Shown one piece after another: positions 38,456-46,120 of a DNA stretch of 64,000 nucleotides. The stretch lies in assembly GCA_937121005.1 (NCBI GenBank), contig CAKZKB010000529.1, positions 48,784 through 112,783 of the forward strand. Direction: 5' to 3'. How positions within the stretch are numbered: the stretch's first letter is position 1; each line of letters begins with the position of its first letter. The position numbers and the translations under genes were made by a program. Below the pieces are notes generated by a model that had not been told where the DNA came from, did not search any database, and saw nothing but the letters and a program-made list of their open reading frames with translations. This DNA comes from an uncultured cyanobacterium (GTDB lineage Bacteria > Cyanobacteriota > Cyanobacteriia > Cyanobacteriales > Geitlerinemataceae).

Positions 38456-39268
38456 GTGAACCATCGGTTGACTTATTTATATTTACTCTCTCCTTTGCAT
38501 ACGGGAGGAGCGAGCCAAGAAGGTAACGTTGTGGGGATTGCTAGGGAAACGCATACCGATCTTCCCTATCTTCCATCGAGTAGCATTCGAGGGCGCTTGC
38601 GGGCTGCTACACCGGAAACCGATCGCATTCGGTTGTGGGGAAATACCATTGGTGATGTAGCCGATGGAAATGCCGAAAACTTGACGCAAGGCGGGCTTTG
38701 GGTCGGAGATGGAGCCTTACTTTGGTTTCCGGTTCCTTCTCTCAGTCATGGCGTGGTTTGGGTCACATCCCCGTTTTTATTGCGTCGCTGGTTGCGTTTT
38801 GTCGGGCAAACGCAGGTCGAATTACCATCACCTGGAGCCTTTAGTGGGGGCAATGGCGAGAGTTTGTACCTTCGCGACGCAGTGTTTCAAACGACAGATC
38901 TTCACCCCTGGGAGAATTGGCACTCTTTTGTTCCCACTGGCAGTCGCGAAACCGAAACCATTCAGCGTACCTTTATCCTTAGCGATCGCGATTGCACCGT
39001 GCTCGTGCAGTCAAGTTTGTGGAGGCAAGTGAAAGTCAAACTCGATGACACTAAAACCGTCGAGGGAGGATTTCGTTACGAGGAGGCGATTCCCCCCGAA
39101 ACAGTCATGTACTTCCCCTGGGGATCGACAGTAGCCGCTAACGGCAAAGGATCTGGGGCGGTACAGACCCTCGAACAACTTCTCAGTGGCGACTCAGCTT
39201 GGCAATTTGGCGGTCAAGAAAGTTTGGGACGCGGCTTAGTCGATCTGTGGAACTTTACGGAGAACTAA
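38456..39268 (+). CDS. cmr4: Cmr4 (Cas7-family backbone RAMP)
   Basis: The GTG start lies 7 nt after GGAGGA. LYLLSPLHTGGAS...RETHTDLPYLPSSSIRGRLRAA matches the Cmr4 N-terminal pattern. The C-terminus has GGQESLGRGLV. Confidence 0.85.
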   Translation: MNHRLTYLYLLSPLHTGGASQEGNVVGIARETHTDLPYLPSSSIRGRLRAATPETDRIRLWGNTIGDVADGNAENLTQGGLWVGDGALLWFPVPSLSHGVVWVTSPFLLRRWLRFVGQTQVELPSPGAFSGGNGESLYLRDAVFQTTDLHPWENWHSFVPTGSRETETIQRTFILSDRDCTVLVQSSLWRQVKVKLDDTKTVEGGFRYEEAIPPETVMYFPWGSTVAANGKGSGAVQTLEQLLSGDSAWQFGGQESLGRGLVDLWNFTEN

Positions 39269-39273
39269 ATCTT

Positions 39274-39702
39274 ATGAATTACGATCCGCGCAGTATTGCC
39301 AGTAAAGTGTATAACAACTTACAACAGTTACACGATCGAACCCCATCTGAGAGCGATCGCAAAGAGCAGAAAACGCAAGCTGTCGAGATTTACAGCTATT
39401 TGTCTGCTTGGGGATTGCTGCGGTTGAAAGCTGAAGAGTTTTCCCTGCAAAACCAACCCCAAAAACAAAAAGTCATTCGGTGCTTTTTTCGTACTTTTGC
39501 AGAAATCGTGTCTCCCGACGCTCCCCAACAATTTCAGGAGCGAGAAGGGCTGCAAAACTTGGCGAATGTGAATCGTCTGAGTGCCAGCGAATATTTAGGG
39601 TTAACTGGGGTAGCCCTGCAACTGGGACGCGAATTTGCATTTTGGGCTGAAGCCGTTTATCCCAAAGACGCTCCCGCTTCTACCACACCCGCTCGCCCTT
39701 AA
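39274..39702 (+). CDS. cmr5: Cmr5 (small subunit, Cas11-like)
   Basis: It is a 142-aa helical protein located between cmr4 and cmr6. It contains YLSAWGLLRL. Confidence 0.7.
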   Translation: MNYDPRSIASKVYNNLQQLHDRTPSESDRKEQKTQAVEIYSYLSAWGLLRLKAEEFSLQNQPQKQKVIRCFFRTFAEIVSPDAPQQFQEREGLQNLANVNRLSASEYLGLTGVALQLGREFAFWAEAVYPKDAPASTTPARP

Positions 39703-39713
39703 ACCATTTCATC

Positions 39714-41435
39714 ATGGCTCCAAACATCTGGCTCGAACCACAACAACCTAACCTATCATCTAATGCAAGTTTCGTCGAATACCTGCGCTGGATGCGGTTT
39801 CTAACTGGAGATGGAACAGTTGATAGCGGTACGATTCTCGAACTGTTCGATCGCTTTCGAGAAACAGCAACTTTTACCGAGGATCTCAATCGCCGTTGCG
39901 CTCGCATCCGTCGCTTAGCCGACGAATCGTTTGAAGCCAGTTGTCCCTGGCGCGTTCGCGTGGGAGGAACTCGCGGCCCCGAACAAATGCTACTCCCGGC
40001 ATTTGATGCGTTGGGATTGCCTTACATTCCCAGTAGCACCCTGAAGGGGGTGGCTCGCAATGCGGCTGCTCGAGAGGCTAACGAAGCGGAAGTGAAGCGC
40101 ATTTTCGGCACGATCGATGGCGATACAGGCAGCATGGGGCAGGTTGTGTTTCTCGATGCTTACCCTACAAGCGACGATCGCTTAGGGGGGTTGCAGTTGG
40201 ATATGGCTAACCAGATTTGGAAGTGGGATGGAGATTCGCCCCCTGAATACAATACCAACCCCAATACCTTCGTTTCTCTAGAAAAACCCACCTTTGTTAT
40301 TGGATTGCGTCGGGGATTCAATTGTGACGAGCAAACCTTTGCTCGCACCGTGACTTGGTTGAAAAAAGGCTTGATTGAAGGTATCGGAGCGCAAGTGAAT
40401 ACGGGCTACGGTACTTTGGAAACGGAGGGAGTGTCTAGCGATCGGCCGATATTTAGGCTGTTGTTCGATATTGAAGGACAACTCATACATGGAAATCAAC
40501 AATTTAAGGGGTGGAACTGGAGCGATGATGCAAATACTTGGAAGCCTCCCGGACAAGCAATTGCCGAATTACGACCGACGGCCTTTCGTTCGGTAATGCG
40601 GTACTGGTTCCGAGTGTTTGCGTTAGGGATTTTATCGCCTAGGGACGTTCGAGATCTAGAACTCAAAATATTCGGTGGTATCGAGCCGGAAGCCAAAACG
40701 GGTCTGTTTCGCCTCGAACTGGTTCCAGTAGAAGAAATTCAAAAACCGAGTGCCAGCGAATCAGGTCGGGCTAGCGGTCAGCTTGTTTTCAAGCGCTGCC
40801 AACACGCATCCTATCAAAGCAGCGATGCGAAGCAAACCCCCAAGAAGTTTGAGAAGGATATCTCTATTTTTCTTAAAAAGTTAACATGGTTGATGTTTCA
40901 TCTTGGTGGTGTCGGTCAAGGAGCGCGGCGACCCTGTTACGATCGTCGAAATCGTCCTCGCCCTCCTTACTGGCGTGGAGCGACCTTAATTCCCGACCAT
41001 CCATCAGAGATGTGGCAACGTCCTCGAAACGTCACCGAGTTAAAAAATAGCTTTCGTAACAACTTGCGAACGTTCTATAAGGCAACTTTATATCTAAAAG
41101 GGATGCAGGGAAACCCAAGAATTCCTAACCTGCGCTCGACTGACTGTGCTGAAGTTGCCGACGAAAACTGTCGCATTGTGGCTGTATCGGGGCCGGTGCA
41201 AAATGCGAAGCCTTTTGCCTTGTGGAAGTTACACGAACAGGCCAACTTAGGTAACGGTCAATACGACCCCGAACTGTGTGGGTCTATGGGTGGCCCGCCC
41301 TCTCCGATTTGGATTGCCAAAGTCGATCGCCTCCAAGTTGTCACCATCTTTGATATTACCAATGGTAAACGATTCGACTATTTTGAAACTTTGACCAGCC
41401 AACCTGACGCTCAAATACTCTTTCCACTAGGATAA
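39714..41435 (+). CDS. cmr6: Two-RAMP protein: Cmr6-like N-terminal half fused to a Cmr1-like C-terminal half
   Basis: The first half has LGLPYIPSSTLKGVARNAA, GQVVFLDAYP and GIGAQVNTGYGTLE. The second half has LRPTAFRSVMRYWFRVFALG, KIFGG and FHLGGVGQGARRP. Confidence 0.7.
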   Translation: MAPNIWLEPQQPNLSSNASFVEYLRWMRFLTGDGTVDSGTILELFDRFRETATFTEDLNRRCARIRRLADESFEASCPWRVRVGGTRGPEQMLLPAFDALGLPYIPSSTLKGVARNAAAREANEAEVKRIFGTIDGDTGSMGQVVFLDAYPTSDDRLGGLQLDMANQIWKWDGDSPPEYNTNPNTFVSLEKPTFVIGLRRGFNCDEQTFARTVTWLKKGLIEGIGAQVNTGYGTLETEGVSSDRPIFRLLFDIEGQLIHGNQQFKGWNWSDDANTWKPPGQAIAELRPTAFRSVMRYWFRVFALGILSPRDVRDLELKIFGGIEPEAKTGLFRLELVPVEEIQKPSASESGRASGQLVFKRCQHASYQSSDAKQTPKKFEKDISIFLKKLTWLMFHLGGVGQGARRPCYDRRNRPRPPYWRGATLIPDHPSEMWQRPRNVTELKNSFRNNLRTFYKATLYLKGMQGNPRIPNLRSTDCAEVADENCRIVAVSGPVQNAKPFALWKLHEQANLGNGQYDPELCGSMGGPPSPIWIAKVDRLQVVTIFDITNGKRFDYFETLTSQPDAQILFPLG

Positions 41436-41439
41436 GACA

Positions 41440-43245
41440 ATGCCAACTAAATCCATTCTCATTGCTAACATCGGTAACTCCGATCTGGTAGTCAAGCATC
41501 CACAATTTGACTACCACTTACCCATCTTCGATCGCAAAGAACCTAACGACCCAAAAGAAACGCTAACGCCTGAAGAAGAAGAGGCGTGGCGAGAGCGAAT
41601 TCAGTATGCTAAGATTCTTGGAGATGAGTTAGGCGTATTTGGTGATGGAACTTCTAAGTTTCCATTTCGAGAATTTACAAAAAAACTCTTGCAAGACTAT
41701 CGCTCTCATCCAGATAAATGGAAGGAACTCCTGCGACCCGCCCGAATTGGAGGTGTAATTAACTTTGTCAAAGAGAATTATGACGTGAAAGACGTTTATA
41801 TATTTGTCACCGATCAAAAGCCCCCACAATTTCAAGATTCTGTTTATCTGTTCGATATTCTCAAAATCTGGTTCGATCGCAATCACCCTCAGATAAAATT
41901 GCATGACATTCTCATAGAACCGACAAAGGCTGCCAACGATCTAGACTTAATGATGGCCGAATACGCCAAGCATTTCATACAGGTTAAAGGCATTCGAGAT
42001 GCAGATTGCTTCTTTGTCAGTATTAAAGGTGGTACGACACCAATGCAGATGGCGTTACAATCACAGGTACTCTATGCCAATCAGGAGCATTTGTTTATCG
42101 ATCCGATCTTGTCAAAGAAACGGGTATTAGATGGCGAATTTTCCAATTGCGAAACAGCTTCTTTTTGGGAATCTCGCCGCATTCAAAAATACCAAACGGT
42201 TAAGCTGCTGCTCGATCGCTGGGATTTTGACGGAGGGCGATCGATTTTAGAGAGTTGGTTAAAAACACTTAATCGGTTGAAATCTTGGCAAGTTAAGGAA
42301 GTTGACAAGATCGACGGTAATATCCAACTAACTAATCGGGTTTTAGCAGCACTGCGTATGGGGATTGGGTACTTAAACCTTGACGCGCAAACTGCTAATG
42401 ATGAGTTCGACAAGAACCCCGTCTTGTCGAATCTTAATCTCAACGAACTAGAGTGTTGTCGAGACTATCCTCGTACTTCGGAAGATAACCAGTTTCCACG
42501 CTTGCTGAATTTGTACGCCCAGTGTTTTATTTTCTGGCAAGTCGATCGCATTGCCGATTTCTTGGTTCGCATGGGGTCGTTTTACGAGGAAACCCTGCAC
42601 GAACTGATTCGATCGCTCGATGGCGAACAATATTTCAATCGCAAAAAATGGCCCGATGATTGGTATTTAGATACCGAATTTGCTAAGCAGAATCCGGCTT
42701 TAACTAAAAGTTTTGCGAAGTTGGAAAAGCGCTCCCATAATACAGATATTTTTGACAAAAAAGGGAATTGGAATAACAAAAATAATAATGACAATTGTCT
42801 CAATCTTCGAGGGCGTTCTAGCAAACAAAATTTCGTTGCTGCTTTAGTTGAGTGTGAAAATAACGCCAGTTGGAGTGAAGCCTGGGAAGAGTTCGTATCT
42901 GCGACTCGTTCTCTCGACTATTGGTGTGCGAAACGAAATCAACTCATTCACAGTGCCAAAGGCGTATCCAAACAGCGACTGCAAGAAGAGTTCGATCGCG
43001 ATTTAGAATTGATTCGACAAGGGCAAATGAAGAACCATGAAATCCGTCGTACTCGCCCCCATGCTTGCCAACCGCACGAAATTCGCAAGCAAATGACCGC
43101 GATCGCCTCCAGTACCTTACAATTGATGGCAGCCGATGATTCCCTCAAGGAATATCTCAACCCCAACCGCAAAGACGACAACTTCTATCTCTACTCAGCC
43201 ATCGCCCAATGGGTGACAGAACAACTCGATCGCGATGTCACTTAA
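41440..43245 (+). CDS. CRISPR ancillary protein, CARF-like N-terminus plus HEPN-like C-terminus (Csx1/Csm6-class candidate)
   Basis: It has a Rossmann-like start (ILIANIGNSDL) and SIKGGTTPMQMAL, which resembles the CARF GG(T/F)K motif. It has a C-terminal R-x4-H motif (CAKRNQLIHSAKG). It lies immediately downstream of the cmr genes. Confidence 0.6.
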   Translation: MPTKSILIANIGNSDLVVKHPQFDYHLPIFDRKEPNDPKETLTPEEEEAWRERIQYAKILGDELGVFGDGTSKFPFREFTKKLLQDYRSHPDKWKELLRPARIGGVINFVKENYDVKDVYIFVTDQKPPQFQDSVYLFDILKIWFDRNHPQIKLHDILIEPTKAANDLDLMMAEYAKHFIQVKGIRDADCFFVSIKGGTTPMQMALQSQVLYANQEHLFIDPILSKKRVLDGEFSNCETASFWESRRIQKYQTVKLLLDRWDFDGGRSILESWLKTLNRLKSWQVKEVDKIDGNIQLTNRVLAALRMGIGYLNLDAQTANDEFDKNPVLSNLNLNELECCRDYPRTSEDNQFPRLLNLYAQCFIFWQVDRIADFLVRMGSFYEETLHELIRSLDGEQYFNRKKWPDDWYLDTEFAKQNPALTKSFAKLEKRSHNTDIFDKKGNWNNKNNNDNCLNLRGRSSKQNFVAALVECENNASWSEAWEEFVSATRSLDYWCAKRNQLIHSAKGVSKQRLQEEFDRDLELIRQGQMKNHEIRRTRPHACQPHEIRKQMTAIASSTLQLMAADDSLKEYLNPNRKDDNFYLYSAIAQWVTEQLDRDVT

Positions 43246-43272
43246 AAACGCAAAAACCCGGCTTGTACCGGG
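43243..43272 (-). terminator. Rho-independent terminator candidate for the minus-strand small gene
   Basis: The hairpin is CCCGG-CTTGTA-CCGGG at 43257-43272. On the minus strand it is followed by TTTTTGCGTTTTT. Confidence 0.5.
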
Positions 43273-43283
43273 CGATCGTTGCT

Positions 43284-43466
43284 TTATTTGCGCCAGTCGT
43301 TGTAGGCTTCCATCACGGCCCACAGCAGGTTTGGTGCGCCCACTGCGATCGCGGGATGGTTAGTGCAGCCTGCGCCTAGCGCGACTAGCCCGATGACCAC
43401 CGCTTTGAGTACCATGACTCGGAAGGGGGGCTTGTCTCGATGCGGGCCGTTTGGCTGTTGGCTCAT
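43284..43466 (-). CDS. Small membrane protein (60 aa)
   Basis: The ATG lies 4 nt after GGAGGA. It has a TM segment VMVLKAVVIGLVALGAG. Confidence 0.45.
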   Translation of the reverse strand: MSQQPNGPHRDKPPFRVMVLKAVVIGLVALGAGCTNHPAIAVGAPNLLWAVMEAYNDWRK

Positions 43467-43812
43467 TTTGTCCTCCAAGGCGGCTTCCTGACGTTTTCAG
43501 GGGAAGCCAAACAAACGAGGTTGTCTTGGATGACGAAGCGAACCGTCGAGACTCGATTCGGACTGATACTTTTTATTGTAGCATGGCAGTTACGGGGTTG
43601 CCAGTCTCCATCGACTCGGCAAAATTTGGCAAAGTGAAGCGGAGGATTTGCCCTTTCCTCGGGAAACGCCGGAAATGCTATCGGACAAACGGATACAGCC
43701 GTTTCCAGGAAAAATCGCTTTGCCAGTTAGGTATCATGCGGGTTTCAGCCATTTTCGAGGTGTCTGTGTATGACGTTGTACTGCAAGAAAAGGGACTTTG
43801 CCAAAATGGGGG

Positions 43813-43843
43813 TTGAAACCCTTTGCTGGCCAGGTGTTATAAT
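43813..43843 (+). promoter_or_regulatory. Candidate promoter of CRISPR array 2
   Basis: The -35 is TTGAAA (43813-43818) and the -10 is TATAAT (43838-43843). The -10 ends 6 nt before the first repeat. Confidence 0.45.
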
Positions 43844-43849
43844 CGAAGG

Positions 43850-44403
43850 GTTTCACAGCTTCTCCTGAAGCCGAACTAATGGAAACATCGTGTAACTCCT
43901 CTATGGTTGCAGGGCGATCGCCTGTTTCACAGCTTCTCCTGAAGCCGAACTAATGGAAACGAAACCCGCAACAGCAGGGAACGATCCCCTACTGAGGTTT
44001 CACAGCTTCTCCTGAAGCCGAACTAATGGAAACATTCCAAACGATCGCCGCCTTGAGAGTGGATCCAACGTTTCACAGCTTCTCCTGAAGCCGAACTAAT
44101 GGAAACTACACTTCGTACTCTGCAAGCTCTTTCCATAGATCGTTTCACAGCTTCTCCTGAAGCCGAACTAATGGAAACAAGTTTCTTGTGTGGGACAATT
44201 AACAGGCGACGGCTGAGGTTTCACAGCTTCTCCTGAAGCCGAACTAATGGAAACAATAGCGCGATCGTCGCTACCCCCAGAACAGTTGCGGTTTCACAGC
44301 TTCTCCTGAAGCCGAACTAATGGAAACACGAAACTGAAAGAGTTGGCCGACGACTTAGGCGTGGGGGTTTCACAGCTTCTCCTGAAGCCGAACTAATGGA
44401 AAC
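43850..44403 (+). CRISPR. CRISPR array 2: 8 repeats of 37 nt and 7 spacers of 35-39 nt
   Basis: The repeat is GTTTCACAGCTTCTCCTGAAGCCGAACTAATGGAAAC. Repeats start at 43850, 43924, 43997, 44070, 44142, 44218, 44291 and 44367. Confidence 0.95.
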
Positions 44404-44435
44404 ATAGAAAAATCCCTAGCCGTTGAAGCTAGGGA
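44404..44435 (-). terminator. Hairpin with a T-run on the minus strand
   Basis: The hairpin is TCCCTAGC-CGTTGAA-GCTAGGGA at 44413-44435. On the minus strand it is followed by TTTTTCTAT. Confidence 0.4.
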
Positions 44436-44459
44436 AAAAGAGAGTTCCAGAACGGTTTA

Positions 44460-44494
44460 GTTTCCATTAGTTCCACTTTCGGCAACCGAAAGCG
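44460..44494 (-). repeat. Solitary degenerate CRISPR repeat, oriented opposite to array 2
   Basis: The minus strand reads CTCGCTTTCGGTTGCCGAAAGTGGAACTAATGGAAAC. It has a 7-bp stem (CTTTCGG/CCGAAAG) and an intact 3' GAACTAATGGAAAC handle. Confidence 0.7.
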
Positions 44495-44503
44495 AGAACG
44501 TTG

Positions 44504-44749
44504 CTACGATTCCGATTCAGCGAACTCGCCCGAATCGGGAGAGGGATCTGGCGGATCGAAAAGAACTGTATAAGTGGCTCCCGGAACGTATCGTTGTAGG
44601 AATTGCTGATGCGCGATCGCGTCATTGCGATGCCGAAAGCGAGCCACAATTCGGCTACCCCGATTGCGTTTCGTACAAGCAATACACCAAGAAGCCAGTT
44701 GTTCTCGATACCCCACGATCGACCCCTCCAAGCAACGTTCTACTCCCAT
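44504..44749 (-). CDS. Hypothetical small protein (81 aa from an internal ATG)
   Basis: It is part of ORF 44504..44824. It contains ...WCIACTKRNRGSRIVARFRHRNDAIAHQQFLQRYVPGATYTVLFDPP. I recognise no family. Confidence 0.4.
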   Translation of the reverse strand: MGVERCLEGSIVGYREQLASWCIACTKRNRGSRIVARFRHRNDAIAHQQFLQRYVPGATYTVLFDPPDPSPDSGEFAESES

Positions 44750-44916
44750 TAAACGGCGAAGATTTGAGAAAAGACAGGTCAACTTGACCTTGACTTGCAA
44801 GGGGAACAGAGCGTATCTCGCCACTCAGCCGGAAGGCGATCGAAATGCTCCCAAAGAAAATCCATTAACGCCAAATGGCGCAAGTCGTTCGGTGTCGGGC
44901 GACGATACAACCGCCC

Positions 44917-45017
44917 TCCCTTCGGGGAATTCAAAATTCAGAATTCAGAGTTCAGAATTACGATTCCCCATTTTTGAATTTTTAATTTTTAATTTTGAAT
45001 TGGAGCGAAGCGACGTG
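44917..45017 (+). repeat. ~100-bp composite dispersed repeat, copy 1
   Basis: CCCTTCGGGGAATTCAAAATTCAGAATTCAGAGTTCAGAATTACGATTCCCCATTTTTGAATTTTTAATTTTTAATTTTGAATTGGAGCGAAGCGAC. Confidence 0.85.
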
Positions 45018-45028
45018 CGATCGCCTTG

Positions 45029-45343
45029 CTAAATTCGCTCTAAATCCTCTTCCCAAGCCGTATCGACTCGACACCAGCGAGCGCTCGGCGATTGGTTATC
45101 GAGCCAAATCAAATACCCCCACATCCACACTTGGCGATGGGCAAGATATCCATAGAAACGACCGATAACCGTGCCGAAGTCGGTGAGACAATCGCGCCAG
45201 TCTTCCTCAATCCAGCGCAAGCGATCGCCCTCGATAAACTGAGGTTTGTTCATCGAAGAAAACGTATCGTAATCGAGAGCATCTGCCGCCATATTCAGAA
45301 CGCAATTTTCAATTGTATTCGTTAGTGGTTTTGGTTTTAACAT
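45029..45343 (-). CDS. Hypothetical protein (104 aa)
   Basis: The ATG at 45343 lies 6 nt after AAGGAG. The protein is Trp-rich (WIEEDWRD...VWMWGYLIWLD). I recognise no family. Confidence 0.5.
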   Translation of the reverse strand: MLKPKPLTNTIENCVLNMAADALDYDTFSSMNKPQFIEGDRLRWIEEDWRDCLTDFGTVIGRFYGYLAHRQVWMWGYLIWLDNQSPSARWCRVDTAWEEDLERI

Positions 45344-45429
45344 TGTTCTTCTCCTTAACAAATCAAAAACAAAAGCCCCTGGAAATGGGGTAGGCACGGG
45401 GGCGCTACCCCTACAGCTTTTTCAACGAT

Positions 45430-45681
45430 CTAGTGAGAATTTAACCCGGTAACGACAATAGTTTGCACTCGAGCGTAGTACCAATAGAACCGCAGCGCCA
45501 TGGATGCCGACGATCCCCACAACTCGCTTTTTTTGCCGTAGTGATGCGATCGCAAGCTAGGGTAGTTCGGGCCGCACGATCGCATCAGCTTAAAGGCTTT
45601 TTCGTACTTATTGCGGGTCTTGGCCGGAAGCACCTTTAGCTGCTTTTTGGCCTTAGAACTCAAGCGCAGATCGAACTGCAT
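45430..45681 (-). CDS. RelE/ParE-superfamily-like toxin (83 aa)
   Basis: MQFDLRLSSKAKKQLKVLPAKTRNKYEKAFKLM...SLRSHHY...LWGSSASMALRFYWYY...IVVTGLNSH follows the layout of RelE/ParE-type toxins. The longer track ORF (to 45996) overlaps cas2. Confidence 0.5.
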   Translation of the reverse strand: MQFDLRLSSKAKKQLKVLPAKTRNKYEKAFKLMRSCGPNYPSLRSHHYGKKSELWGSSASMALRFYWYYARVQTIVVTGLNSH

Positions 45682-45817
45682 GGGTTGAGATTTCAAGCGG
45701 TTGCCTCGCCTCCAATGTTGCCAACAGAGTTCGGGGGTGCAGACAACAAGGGGGCGATCGCGCTTTGGTTTCGAGTAACATGAAGATGGGGTGGGCACAG
45801 GGACACTACCCTTACAA

Positions 45818-46114
45818 CTAAACAACAAACGAGTTATCGTCGATGGCGAATTCCGGTTGCGTTCCCAAAATTTTGACCTTACTCCGATTGCGTTTCGAGA
45901 GCGGATAGAAGCGCACTTGGTCTTCTTTGGGGTTAATAGTTTTGAGCAACAACCGTTCGAGGAACTGACGGCGATCGCGATCGAGAACCGCTTCAAACAC
46001 GGACTTTTGAACTCGCCAGCCGTAGCGTTCCAAGATCTTCGCCACCCGAGCGCGACGAGAATCGCTTACAATGTCGTAACAAATCAGATGAAATGTTATC
46101 GGATTGGGGGACAA
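45818..46114 (-). CDS. cas2: Cas2
   Basis: HLICYDIVSDSRRARVAKILERYGWRVQKSVFEAVL is the classic Cas2 N-terminus. It lies directly downstream of cas1. Confidence 0.9.
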   Translation of the reverse strand: MSPNPITFHLICYDIVSDSRRARVAKILERYGWRVQKSVFEAVLDRDRRQFLERLLLKTINPKEDQVRFYPLSKRNRSKVKILGTQPEFAIDDNSFVV

Positions 46115-46120
46115 GATCGA

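Noticed and set aside
45387-45414. GGGGTAGGCACGGGGGCGCTACCCCTAC-type hairpins (also near 45784-45817 and 47281-47300), considered as possible small RNA genes
   Set aside because: They are short GC-rich palindromic repeats at gene ends. They are more simply explained as dispersed intergenic hairpin or terminator-like repeats, and there is not enough evidence for a specific RNA gene.
45682-45996. The N-terminal 105 codons of ORF 45430..45996
   Set aside because: This part overlaps cas2 in another frame and looks non-protein-like. Only the C-terminal 83 aa from the ATG at 45681 resembles a real (RelE-like) protein.
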